Of a stretch of 64,000 bases of DNA, positions 54,026 to 64,000 are shown in pieces (position 1 is the stretch's first letter; every line of letters begins with the position of its first letter). The notes below the pieces were generated by a model. The model did not search any database and was not told the DNA's origin. It worked only from the letters and a program-made list of their open reading frames with translations. Made by a program: the position numbers and the translations under genes. The DNA comes from Lama guanicoe. Taxonomy: Eukaryota. Location: positions 6,216,498 to 6,280,497 of the forward strand of contig MU054575.1 of the NCBI GenBank assembly GCA_013239625.1, given 5' to 3'.

Positions 54026-56816
54026 TCACCTTCGCAGCTTCCGGCACCTAAGGAGGGAAAGAGTCTGTTCGTGCTGGCACAGCTCAGCCCCTGCTCATAG
54101 ACTCACCCCCTTGTTACCTTTTGCAAGCCCCATTCTCCCCTACCAGTCCTGGGAAGCCCCAGCTGGCCTGGACCACAGGATGCCACCCCATAGCCTCGCT
54201 GTGGGAGGGGTGGTAAGAAGCACCTTGGACGAGGGCGGACAAGGGTTCCCCTACATCCTCTAGTCTCTCAGGGCCCATAGGCAGAACAAACGTCTGCCAC
54301 AGGGATTTCTGGGAAGGCTCAGAGCTTTGCGAACTGGAAGGCTGTCTTTCTTATTTTTACCCTCGGCAGATGTCACCTCTTCCAGGACATCTCTGACCTC
54401 TCAATGATGATGTCAGGTGCGCCTTAACACAGCTCTTGACTTGACATCCTCTGCTGGCAATATGTGCTCTCACGTTGGACTCCCCGATTAGAACATTGGC
54501 CTTGTTTATGCTGATGCCAGTGCCAGCACACACTTGGTCAATATTTGTTCAAAGCTTCCCATTCCCTGGCTCTTCTCCCACCAACAGGCTCACCTGGACC
54601 TGCTCCCGGACAGGGCCTTGACGCCTTTCCAAACAACCGCCCTNNNNNNNNNNNNNNNNNNNNNNNNNNNNNNNNNNNNNNNNNNNNNNNNNNNNNNNNN
54701 NNNNNNNNNNNNNNNNNNNNNNNNNNNNNNNNNNNNNNNNNNNNNNNNNNNNNNNNNNNNNNNNNNNNNNNNNNNNNNNNNNNNNNNNNNNNNNNNNNNN
54801 NNNNNNNNNNNNNNNNNNNNNNNNNNNNNNNNNNNNNNNNNNNNNNNGCCCGGAACAGAGCGGGGCTGGGGACGGTGGTGGGGAGTGGAAGCCCTAGGAG
54901 GAGAAGCAACATGTCTGGGGTGGGAAGGAAGAGTCTTCCCGGGAGCTGGGGTAGGGGCAAAGCATACAGACTTGGGGAGCAGAGGAAATGGGGAGAGGAG
55001 GATACAAGTGGGAGGAGAAGGAGGGAAGGGGATCACAACTTCCTGACACACTCGTACACCCCCTACCCCACCCACAAATTACATTCTGGACACTGGGCCT
55101 GGGCTCCAATCCCACCTCAGCAAAAGCCCAAGAGACTCACCTGTCCAGCTTCACAGCACTCTCTCTTTTTTTTGGTCTGAAAATCAAGAGACAGACAGAG
55201 ACAAGGAGGAAATGGATCAGGACGCCAAGCATCCCACTCTTGCCCGAGATCCCAGGCCTACCCAGCTCTACTCTAGGAAACCTGGTCCCCACTGTGGTGT
55301 ACCACCACACACAGCATCCCCCCAAGCCTGGTCTCTGTGAACTCAGAAGTGGGGCCTGGCTGGCACCTGCATTCACATTGGCTGTGTTCTTCCAGGGACA
55401 TCTCCCCCAGCTGACTGCTCGGGTACCGGATCATGAGGATCTGTACTCAGATGAACAAGGAGAGAGACAATGAGAGGGAATGGAAGGGGACACTCCATGG
55501 ATTGGAGGAGTGAGAACACCCTGCCCACCAGCCAGGGCTCTAGTGCCACCCCTCTGTCCCCAGAACACCAGCATCCACCCCAGCTGGGCACACTCCACCT
55601 CCCCTATACCTGCATTCTGACTTGGTGCTGCCCAGTGGGCACGCACTCCAGGCCATCGTCAGGGCAGCAACCGCCGCAGCGCTGCACAGTCACGCAGCTG
55701 GGCACCAGCTGCTTGGCCACAGTGCCCATGAGCTCCATGGACAGGGGCACCACCACCTCCCGCGGCTGGCAGGTGGCACGAGCATACACGTCTATCCATG
55801 ACACCACTGGGGGCAGATGTGCAAGGGTTAAGTCCCTACTGGGTTTCCTGCAGCTGCTCCCTGATTCCCCTACCCCTGTTCTCTAGCAGCTGTTCTCCCT
55901 AGTTCCCATGTCACAGCCACCCTCCAGTGGCCCCCACTCTTGCCCTCCCAAACTATCTTCCTTGCCTTCTTCATTCCCGAACCCAGGAACCCCACTGCCT
56001 CAATCTCCTCTTCTATGAAATGGGCAGAATAAGGGCTTGCATCTTACAGAGGGGCTGTGATTACACAAGATGAGAAACACACAGAGTCTGGCATCAGGGC
56101 TGAAGGCAAACATTCCTAGCGCTGGCTAGTGCAAAGTTATTGTTGTGACTCTTACCTTTCTTCTGGTGGCCAGAGGGATCAGGCTGGGAGACAGTGGCCT
56201 GTAGGAAACAAGAGACCTGGACCTAGGTGCACCATAGGAAGGGCTAGCCCTGTCGCTGTCTCCAGGGCTCTGCCCTTGCGATCAGGAGGCTTCCACTCCT
56301 CTCTAACATTTTTCCAGACTGCTCTGTTCCTGGGGCCACTCTAGCTTTACCTGTCCTCTCCTGGCCACCTGGGACCTGCCCTGGCCACGATCTGCCAGGC
56401 GCGCTCTGCCCGCAGCGTCGAAATCTCCAAGCCTGGGGACCGGGCTTGTTCTCGAGGCCGCAGGTCAGGAGGGGGCACCGTGGGCGCCAAGCCGAGACCT
56501 GCAGGCACCGAGGCGGTCCCGCCCCCGACTGCACTCAGGGGATGGGGTGGGGCGGGGGAGTGGCCCCGGACTTGGGCTACAGGCTGGCGGAGAGAGACGC
56601 TTTCCGGGGGATTCCCAGGCTAGGCCCCCGAGACGCCCCAGTCCACGGACCGACCCCGCGGATCCCCGAGGCCGAGGCCGAGGCCGCTCCGCGCCTCCCC
56701 ACTTCCGCCAACCTTGAGAGAGGGCACCGTGGGCGGGATGTCGCGGACTCACATACCTGGGCAGGGGCCAGCTGCAGGAGCGCGGCGAGCAGCAGGCGGC
56801 GGAGCAGGGGGCTCAT
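54026..56816 (-). CDS. VEGFB: Vascular endothelial growth factor B (167 and 186 isoforms); exon 6 mostly in an N gap
   Basis: Exons 56816-56757, 56198-56156, 55806-55610, 55440-55367, 55176-55141. Exon 6A starts at 54893 (RASTPHHRPQPRSVPG, B186) and runs into the gap. Exon 7 is 54047-54026 (CRKLRR*, B167). Cystine-knot motif PSCVTVQRCGGCC. Confidence 0.96.
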
Positions 56817-57341
56817 GGTGCCCGTGGGGGCCGCACGCCGGGGGCGCCCGCATCGCCCTAGCCTGGCGGCGCGGGGGGCGGCGGCAGCCAGAGCCCCATG
56901 GCGCGGGCCCGGGCGAGGCGGGCGGGGGCCGGGCGCGGGGGGAGGCTCCTCCGCGGCCCCCTCCCGAGCCCTGGGGGAAGGCAGCGCAGCGCAGCACAGC
57001 GGTGGCGGCGGCCGGAGGAGCCGGGCGGGCGGGCAGCCGGTGGCGGTGGCGGGCGGCGGGGACGGCGGGGGCGGCGGGGGGCCGGGCCCGGGCTGGCGGG
57101 CGGGCGGCTCATGTGANNNNNNNNNNNNNNNNNNNNNNNNNNNNGGCGAGGGCGGGCCCGCCCCCTCCACATACACCCCCTCCCGCAGCAGCAGGGGAAA
57201 GGGGACGCACCGCCCAGGGGGCCGGGCTCCCGGGTTGCCGCTGCCAGAACCCGGAGGGCGGGGCGTTGTCCCAAGGCGGGGCCGGGCGGGGTGGGGCGCT
57301 GGGCCTGAAGGAGGGAGCCAGACAAAAGCGCTAAGAATCAC

Positions 57342-57347
57342 TTTATT
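57342..57347 (-). terminator. DNAJC4 polyadenylation signal AATAAA
   Basis: TTTATT on + strand, 80 nt past the stop. Confidence 0.8.
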
Positions 57348-57426
57348 CCATGCGTTTTAGGGAGTGGGGCATCCCAGGAGGAAAGCAAGCAGGGAGCACA
57401 CCGCAGGCCCCATCCAGGTGAGCGGC

Positions 57427-60405
57427 TCAGGGGCTAGGGCCGGAGGGCACGATCCTGGGGCCTTGAGGAGGCCCGGGTGGTGGCTGTAGCTGCTGTCTCT
57501 GCTGTTGCTCCTGCTGGAGCCTGGCTCTGTTGGCCCTGCAGGGGAAAGCACTTGGGTGGTCGGGACAGGGATCCTGGAGGGTGGCGTCAGACAGTGAAGG
57601 GAGGGTGGGATAGGGCTGGGACAGACCTGGCCCTGGCACGAGCGTCATTGTAGATGGCTGTGATGATTCGATCCTTTTCATCCATGAAGCTACGGTGCAT
57701 CTGCTCCAGCTTCCTGCAAGGGGGTTACAATTAACTCTGGGTCCCCCAACCCCTGTTGTCCCCTAAGTACCACCCCCTTCCCCCACTCTAGGGTCTCACA
57801 GCTTTACATCTGTGGGGACTTCAGCCTAACTGCCTGTGCTAGGTGAGGAGAGGGGCACACAGTGGCTGGGGCTTGTCCAGGGTCCAGTGATGACCCAACT
57901 CCCTGCTGTCCTGATGATAGTAGCGCTGAACATAGGAGTGGTCCTCGAAAGAGACTAGAAAGGGTTGCATGTCTAACTCCATCACTGAACTAGGCACACT
58001 GCTAGCAGTGGGCACCAGCCTTTAGGTGTCTTTGCTGTAGAACCTCAGTGGCATGGCATACAGGAGAGAGCGGCAGGAAGACATTGACTGCCAAACAAAT
58101 GAGGACAGTTGCTGGTGAGGCCTAGTTCAGTGCATTTCCTTCTTGTGCAGGATTTTGGTTGGCTCATGGCAACTCCCTGGCAGCCAGCACCAGAGATTTA
58201 CAATCAAATTATTAAAAAAACAAAAACCTGAAAATAACATTAGCCCTTAGTGCAGAGCTGCCTTTGCCAAGTAAGAAGAGGCTCTGGAGGAGACCTACTT
58301 CATACTATTCTTAGCTTGAGACACAAGAGTGCAGGCCACAGGGGTGGTGTAGATGGATGGCTAACACTGGGTTTCACCCACCCTTCTGCTCTCTGCCTGT
58401 CACCCCAGGGGGAAGGCAGGGATGCACCTGAAGGCAACGTAGTGCAGGACCATGCCTGCCAGCATGATCATGAGGCAGTACCCCAGAACCCGCTGGTTGT
58501 GTTTGTGCTGCTGCTGCCTTGACTCTGGTCCCTGAGGCCTCACACCATGAAACTGGGCCCAGTATTGTGCATTGGGGGGTGTCCAGGAGCTGCTGAGAGA
58601 GAGAAGAAGGGACAGTGTAGGGAAGAGGCTCCCCAGGAGGCCTGGGAGTGGCAAACTGGAAGCAGGAGTACTGTACCTGTGTGTTTGATGAGCAGACCTG
58701 GCATGAGCTGTGGTTCCTGGAGACTTTGGGGAAGTTGCCCAGCGGAGCTGGTGGTCATAGCTGCGGCGGCTCTGCTCATGGCTGAGCACTTGGTATGCTT
58801 CACTCAGCTCCACAAAGCGGCTGTGCAGGGCTGGGTTCCCAGGATCGCGGTCAGGGTGCAGCTGGGGTGGGGCAGCACTCCCATCATGTCTTTTTCCACG
58901 CCCTTTTCTGGGACCCATTCTGATCATGTCCACCCACAAGGGCTCAAGTCATTCCCAGAGGCCCTGCCTGAGCAGTGACCCTTACTCTCAGGCCTGCCCA
59001 TCCCTCTAGAAGACCAGAGAGTCAGGAAACACAGATTCCTGCTCCCTCCCCTTATTCAAGCCCTCTCCACCTGCTGCGTGGCTTCAGTATATGCTCTAGT
59101 ACTAGCTTTCTCAAGAGCAGACAGGTCAAGAAAATCAAGACCAGCCCATCAGACAGGACCCCTGGCTCCTGCCCCCAGCCTTTCCTCCCACCTGGCCAGA
59201 TCTCTGCCCTTGGTGTACCTCCCTCTTCCTATAAAAGCTGAGGGAATGTAACCAGCCAGAGTGAGCCTCTCAGCTCCATTCCTGAGAATTTGGAGCATAC
59301 CCCATCTGGCTCAGACTCTCCCCCTCACCCTCACCTTAGTACCATTGGTACCTCTTTGGACTTGGAGAAGAAAGCTCGTTTAACTTCTTCAGTACTGGCA
59401 CCAGGATGCACCCCCAACAGTTCATAGTAGTTACTGGGGCCAGAGCTGTGGAAAGAGGTCCCAACCTGCAGGGACTAAGGAAAACACGGAGGATACCCCT
59501 TCCCTGCCCCTCCCATCCCCCCGGGCCACACCCTTAAACTCAGCAACAAGGTGTTGAGGGGGCTGAGGCAGGGTGCCAAGGGGGATCTATCTCTAAATTA
59601 TCCCTCTCTTTTTGGCTGTTCTGGATATGGGGCAGATCAGAATTTCTCAAAGTGTAGGCTTTAGACTACTTGTGTCAGAAACACCTGAGAGGGGGAGGAA
59701 TAAATTAGGAGTTTAAGATTAACAGATACACACTACTATATATAAAATAGATAAACAACAAGGATATACTGTATAGCACAGGGACCTATATTCAATATCT
59801 TGTAATAATCTATAATGGAAAGGGATCCGAAAAGTATATATATGTGAAACTGAATCACTTTGCTGTACACCTGAAAGTAACACAACATTCTAAATCAACT
59901 ATGCTTCAATTAAAAAATTTTTTAAAAAACCACCTGAAAAGCGTATTTTAAAAAAGATTCCTGAGCCCCACTTCATTCCTGCAAATCAGTCTCCATAGCA
60001 GGGCCCAGCTATCTGCATTTTTGTAAGCCACGCCCCCCCACCCCGATCCAGCAGTGGTTATACACAGAGATGCCTGACAACCACCAGTGTTATTATGGAA
60101 AGCGCATTGGGTTTGGCTTGAGCTCAGATTCCAGATCTTCCACTTAACTCTGTATGACCTTAGGGGTCGTCCCCTTAATCTCTGATTCTCAGCAGCGAAG
60201 GTGACGGTAACCTGACACAGAGCATCAGATCACAACTATCTCAGCACCTGGGGAAGGGCCTAAAATTGGGCAGGCCCTCAACAAAAACCCACTGAATTAC
60301 CGGGCCCGGCCCCGGGCGCCCGACTCACCGCTGCCGGGCTGCAGTTGCGAAGAACCGGGTGGGAGGACTGCGGGGCCACAGCCGGCACAGGCGCAGGGGC
60401 AGCAT
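57427..60405 (-). CDS. DNAJC4: DnaJ homolog subfamily C member 4, about 237 aa
   Basis: Exons 60405-60329, 59445-59352, 58861-58677, 58589(or 58592)-58428, 57713-57627, 57535-57427. J-domain NYYELLGV..HPD, TM segment, Q/P-rich tail. Confidence 0.95.
59637..60055. mobile_element. MER5-like DNA transposon interrupted by an L1 insertion
   Basis: 'tttctcaaagtgt..tcagaaacacctg' left of the L1 and 'agattcctgagccccac..gggcccag..atctgcattttt' right of it. Confidence 0.6.
59691..59925 (+). mobile_element. Short 5'-truncated L1 3' end
   Basis: Same L1 3'UTR as the 18661 copy (actgtatagcacaggga..ctgaatcactttgctgtacacctgaa..aatcaactat..caattaaaaa). Approximate TSD AGAAACACCTGAGA / AAAACCACCTGAAA. Confidence 0.8.
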
Positions 60406-60699
60406 GGCGGCAGGCGGACAGCTGGTGAAAGGAGGCCACAAAAAGGAGTGAGGTGGGACCAGGATGGGACCAGACTTCAAGCACTCGGGGAGGTGCGTGG
60501 GCAGAGGGAAGGGGCCTGGCCTCGATTACTTGCGAAGGAAAACAAGCAGGTCCGGGGAACCCAGGAGCGGGTGGGGCCTCCTTGCTCAAGACCAGACGCC
60601 AATATCCTAGCCCTTTCCTCTGCTCTGAGCCGGGTATCCGGCGCCCTTCTCCATACTCGTCTTGGTGTCTGGACAGCCAGCCCCGGACGTAGATACCCC

Positions 60700-60930
60700 C
60701 GTCACACCCGGGGAGCTGGAGAGACGGGGGCAGGAGGAGCCACACCAAGCCCCGCCCCTACTGCTCTCACGGACTCCGCGCCGGCCGCCATTTCCTGTGC
60801 CTAGTCAGGCCCCGCCTCCATACTTTCATTGGTTTAGACGCCCCAGACCACGCCCGTGGCGCGGATCTGCGACGAGGCCCCGCCCCCGCAATCTATTGGC
60901 CTTTGACACCTCCGGCCCACCCAAAGAGGT
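60700..60930 (-). promoter_or_regulatory. DNAJC4 promoter (CpG island)
   Basis: YY1 GCCGCCATTT at 60784-60793, GC boxes, CCAAT boxes (ATTGG at 60828 and about 60895). Confidence 0.7.
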
Positions 60931-61279
60931 CCAGACCCACCGACTACCAGGTAAGGCAGCGGGACCCATCCTGACCCTCAGTGAGGCTTTCGGCACGCCG
61001 CCGTTGCTCCTCCCTCGGACGTGGCTGTTACTCCACTCTGCAGCGCAGCATATTTCATTTCACAAAGCAATTCTACCCCACAGTCGGTTTGGAACCTCAC
61101 TACAGCCTGGCAAGGGGGAATGGCCCTCATCTCAGCTTGCAGAGGGGAAAACAGGCTGGGCCTTTTTCCTCCGCCCCCGGTCTTTTGTCCTGTCTCTCTC
61201 ACCCACCCTGGGCTCTCCCAGCGGCCCATCTCTATCTAGTGTAAACAGCAGATGCCAACGGAATCCAAGAATAAAGTCC

Positions 61280-61285
61280 TTTATT
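61280..61285 (-). terminator. NUDT22 polyadenylation signal AATAAA
   Basis: TTTATT on + strand, 44 nt past the stop; part of the palindrome AATAAAgtccTTTATT. Confidence 0.8.
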
Positions 61286-61328
61286 GTCTTCCGAGCTGTG
61301 GTGATAGGGCTGGGGAATCTAGGGCGAC

Positions 61329-63643
61329 TCAGGTGGAACCTCCCTGGACCCGGTTGTAGAGGAAGATGGCGCCTTTGGCCGAGGGACAGATCTCAGTCCA
61401 CATTTCCATCTCCTGCAACCTAGGCACACTCTGTGGGGAGACAGTGAGATCCAGACATTACGACCTCAGGTTTCTTGAGGGGGCTGTTCTTGAGTTCACA
61501 ACTGTTCCACAGTTCCCGGGCCTCAGAGCCCTCTGGGGAGACATATTAAGGGGGCTGAACAGGTCCCTGGCCCTCTCCCTTGAGCTGAGGGCATCCTCAG
61601 TGAAGCCTTGTGATTCTGGAGGAAAGCCCTGAGAGATTTGGGACCCCCTCTGACCCAGCCCAGGAATATAGACATGCATCACCAGGCCTCCACAAGGCTT
61701 CTTAACCAAATGAGACACACTTTGCCACCTCGAACCTGTGTCTCTACAAAGATGATTCCTGTGGATTCGTGGGCCTCAGGTCCCCCACTCATGTAGTGCT
61801 TCCTCACCTGCTCAGAAGTCAGGCTGCACCTGGACAAGGACATGAGAGTGGCCTGGTGAATGCCTAGCCCCTAGTGAGCCCCTGAGGGGCCCCAGCCCCT
61901 CAACCACCCACCTACCCCAGGACCCAGGACAATGTTCCCCAGAGCTCACTCACTGGACGTAGAACTCGGCACTGGCACGGCCGGCACTAGTCTCATTGCT
62001 GGCAATGCCCAATAACAGTGGCTGGCTCAGGGTGAGCAGTGGCAGGTTCACCTGGAGCCAGGGGTAACACCTATCAATGCCCACTGCCTACATCTCTGCC
62101 CCCCTCAATGAAGAACAGCATGTTATCCCTGTACAGCATCTTACAGTTTGTAGTTCAAGTGCCCAGAATCACAGAATGTCAGATCTCGGGCATGTTCATT
62201 TTACATGGGAAAACCAAAACCCCTGAAACATTGAACAATTCGCCAAGGTCACCCAAGGGAAGTGGATTTAGTAACCCGGACTCTCATTTATTCCTCTTTT
62301 CAACAAACCTGGGGGTAGTGTGCAAGACATCTATCATTGCTCACATTGTAAAGAGGGAGACCTTGAGGCACACAGAAATGAGGGCAAGAGCGGGGAGGGT
62401 ATAGCTCAGTGGTAGAGCACGTGCCTAGCATGCACAAGGTCATGGGTTCAATCCCCAGTACCTCCATCAAATAAAATAATAATAATAACAATAACAACAA
62501 CAATAATAATAAAATAAGTAAATAAACCTAATTACCTCCCCCCCAAAAGCAAACAAACAAAAGAAATGAGGGCTACAGTCCCACATCAAGTGTGCTGAGC
62601 TACAAAGCCAAGCTCTTTGCTCAAAGCCAGATGCCTACAGATCCTTCTGCCAGCCCAGATCTGTGGAATTCTGGCATGTTCTATGCCCTCCCTCGTCTAC
62701 CACCCTGTCAGGGTCGCCCCTCACTCACCTCATCACAGATCTCCTGGAGGACACTGGAAAAGAGCTCATGCACCACCAGCTCCCCAGGGAGGTCCTTGTG
62801 CAGGGGGCTGTCACCTGGGCACAGCGCCTGTGAGAGGTCAGGCTCAGCCCCTGCTCTCCTCTTCCAGCCCTCCTATCCCCCATATTCACTGGCCCTGAGG
62901 GCCTGGTTGGGCACAGAATAAGAGTCTTGGTGATCCCCTGACCCACGCCTTCCTTTTCCAGACAACCAGAGAGCCAGCTAAGTCCTCTACCCTGCCTTCC
63001 CCAATTCCCTAGCTTCCCACAGGTCTGGGGCAGCATTCAGTGGGGAGGCTGCCCTGAGCAGATTTTTGGAGAAGAACCAAGCCAACTCCTCTTTTAATGG
63101 ATGAGGAAAACCAAGCCGAGCTGTCTGGGTTTTTGTACCTTTGTGCCAAACCTGGCATCTCACCTGAGGCTCAGGGTGCCCACCAGGAACATCCACCAGC
63201 CCAGGTGCCTCAGCCACCTGCCCAGAGCGGCGCAGGAAGACAAGGAAGTCGTCCGCGGTGACCAGTGCGGCGCCTACCCCTAGGGGGTCTGCTAGGTAGG
63301 CTTGCTTGTCTCCCCAATCGGTGGCCCCCTGCTGTCGCAGCCAGGCAGCTGAACTGGCCCAGTTGGTGCCCAGGAAGTCTCGATAAGAAGTAAGGCCCAG
63401 GCGCAGGAGCAGCTGTGGCCCTGATGAGCCAGTGGGCACCAGTGTGGCGGAGTGCAGGCGGAACTTCGGGGCGTCAAAGAGCCAGGGCTGGGCCTGAAGC
63501 CGGCTCTCCCAGATGGCAGTGATGGCCTTGTCTCCTCCTGGCAATGGGCGACGGTCGTAGGCTGGGCTCAGCTCAGCCCGTACCTGCTCCTTAGGCAGTC
63601 CCCGGGGAGGGCACTGCAGCAACAGGGACACCTCAGGGTCCAT
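61329..63643 (-). CDS. NUDT22: Nudix hydrolase 22 (UDP-glucose pyrophosphatase), 290 aa
   Basis: Exons 63643-63164, 62827-62729, 62051-61954, 61829-61736, 61430-61329. [12 protein letters not shown] start; divergent Nudix box [19 protein letters not shown]. Confidence 0.96.
62392..62561 (+). mobile_element. tRNA-derived SINE (camelid vic-1-like), full length
   Basis: A-box TAGCTCAGTGG at 62402, B-box GGTTCAATCCC at 62445, (AAT/AAC)n linker, A-rich tail, 12-bp TSD AGAAATGAGGGC at 62374 and 62562. Confidence 0.88.
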
Positions 63644-64000
63644 GATCTGTACAGGACAGTTCTGGGGAAGGACACAGCCAGGCCTGTCACCCCAGGGGAC
63701 CTACAGCCACCCTTGGGCACAGCAGCTGGCCCCCTCTGCCTGAGACCTCCTGAGGGTACCCCCAGCCCTTCTGTACCCCACTGACCGCTCCCGGCGCAGT
63801 AAAGGGTCTTAACATCCCAGCAAGAGCTCCGAGGCTCCTGCTGTCAGACATCCCTGAGACTGATTCACGGGCATCCCTACCACCCAGAGGTCCTGGATCC
63901 AGCCACCCTCTAAAGTCCATGCCTCCTAAAACCATGGGATCCTCCTCCAACCCCCGACGCCCCCGTACCCCTCCCGGAGTCCGGAAGCTCCAGCTTCCAG

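Noticed and set aside
49145-56816. Possible pseudogenisation of FKBP2/VEGFB because exons are missing
   Set aside because: The missing exons coincide with N gaps of suitable size; all visible exons and splice sites are intact
56446-57360. 304-aa + strand ORF antisense to VEGFB exon 1
   Set aside because: CpG-island artefact spanning an N gap
60240-60260. RE1-like CTCAGCACCTGGGGAAGGGCC in DNAJC4 intron
   Set aside because: The right half-site GGACAG is broken and the site sits at the edge of MIR-like sequence; probably chance
62392-62465. tRNA-like sequence with A/B boxes (possible tRNA gene)
   Set aside because: Followed by a SINE tail and flanked by a TSD, with a second diverged copy at 19601; it is a SINE head, not a tRNA gene

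Overview
Mammalian gene-dense, GC-rich locus syntenic to human 11q13.1, shown in reverse orientation. Order along the window: CATSPERZ/TEX40 (5' part, -), KCNK4 (-), GPR137 (-), BAD (+), PLCB3 (-, 31 exons), PPP1R14B (+), FKBP2 (-), VEGFB (-), DNAJC4 (-), NUDT22 (-). I placed the exons by hand using GT-AG boundaries and phase checks. All frames close correctly, except that FKBP2 exon 3 and most of VEGFB exon 6 fall in N gaps. Two copies of a tRNA-derived SINE resembling the camelid vic-1 type, plus artiodactyl-like L1 3' ends, suggest a camelid (inference). Interspersed repeats include L1, L2, MIR, MER53, MER58 and MER5-like elements. I see no new multi-gene system. The most interesting signals are: (1) an intact upstream coding exon that could give a rodent-type long BAD isoform, with a competing out-of-frame donor; (2) a promoter-like ETS/YY1 CpG island inside the BAD last exon; (3) a tandem-duplicated YY1/GC-box module in the BAD/GPR137 promoter; (4) a disabled alternative GPR137 C-terminus; (5) a U12-type intron in PLCB3; (6) unusual, tightly packed or palindromic polyadenylation signals; (7) uORFs. 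Comparisons with human, mouse and bovine proteins rest on recalled reference sequences and need checking by alignment.
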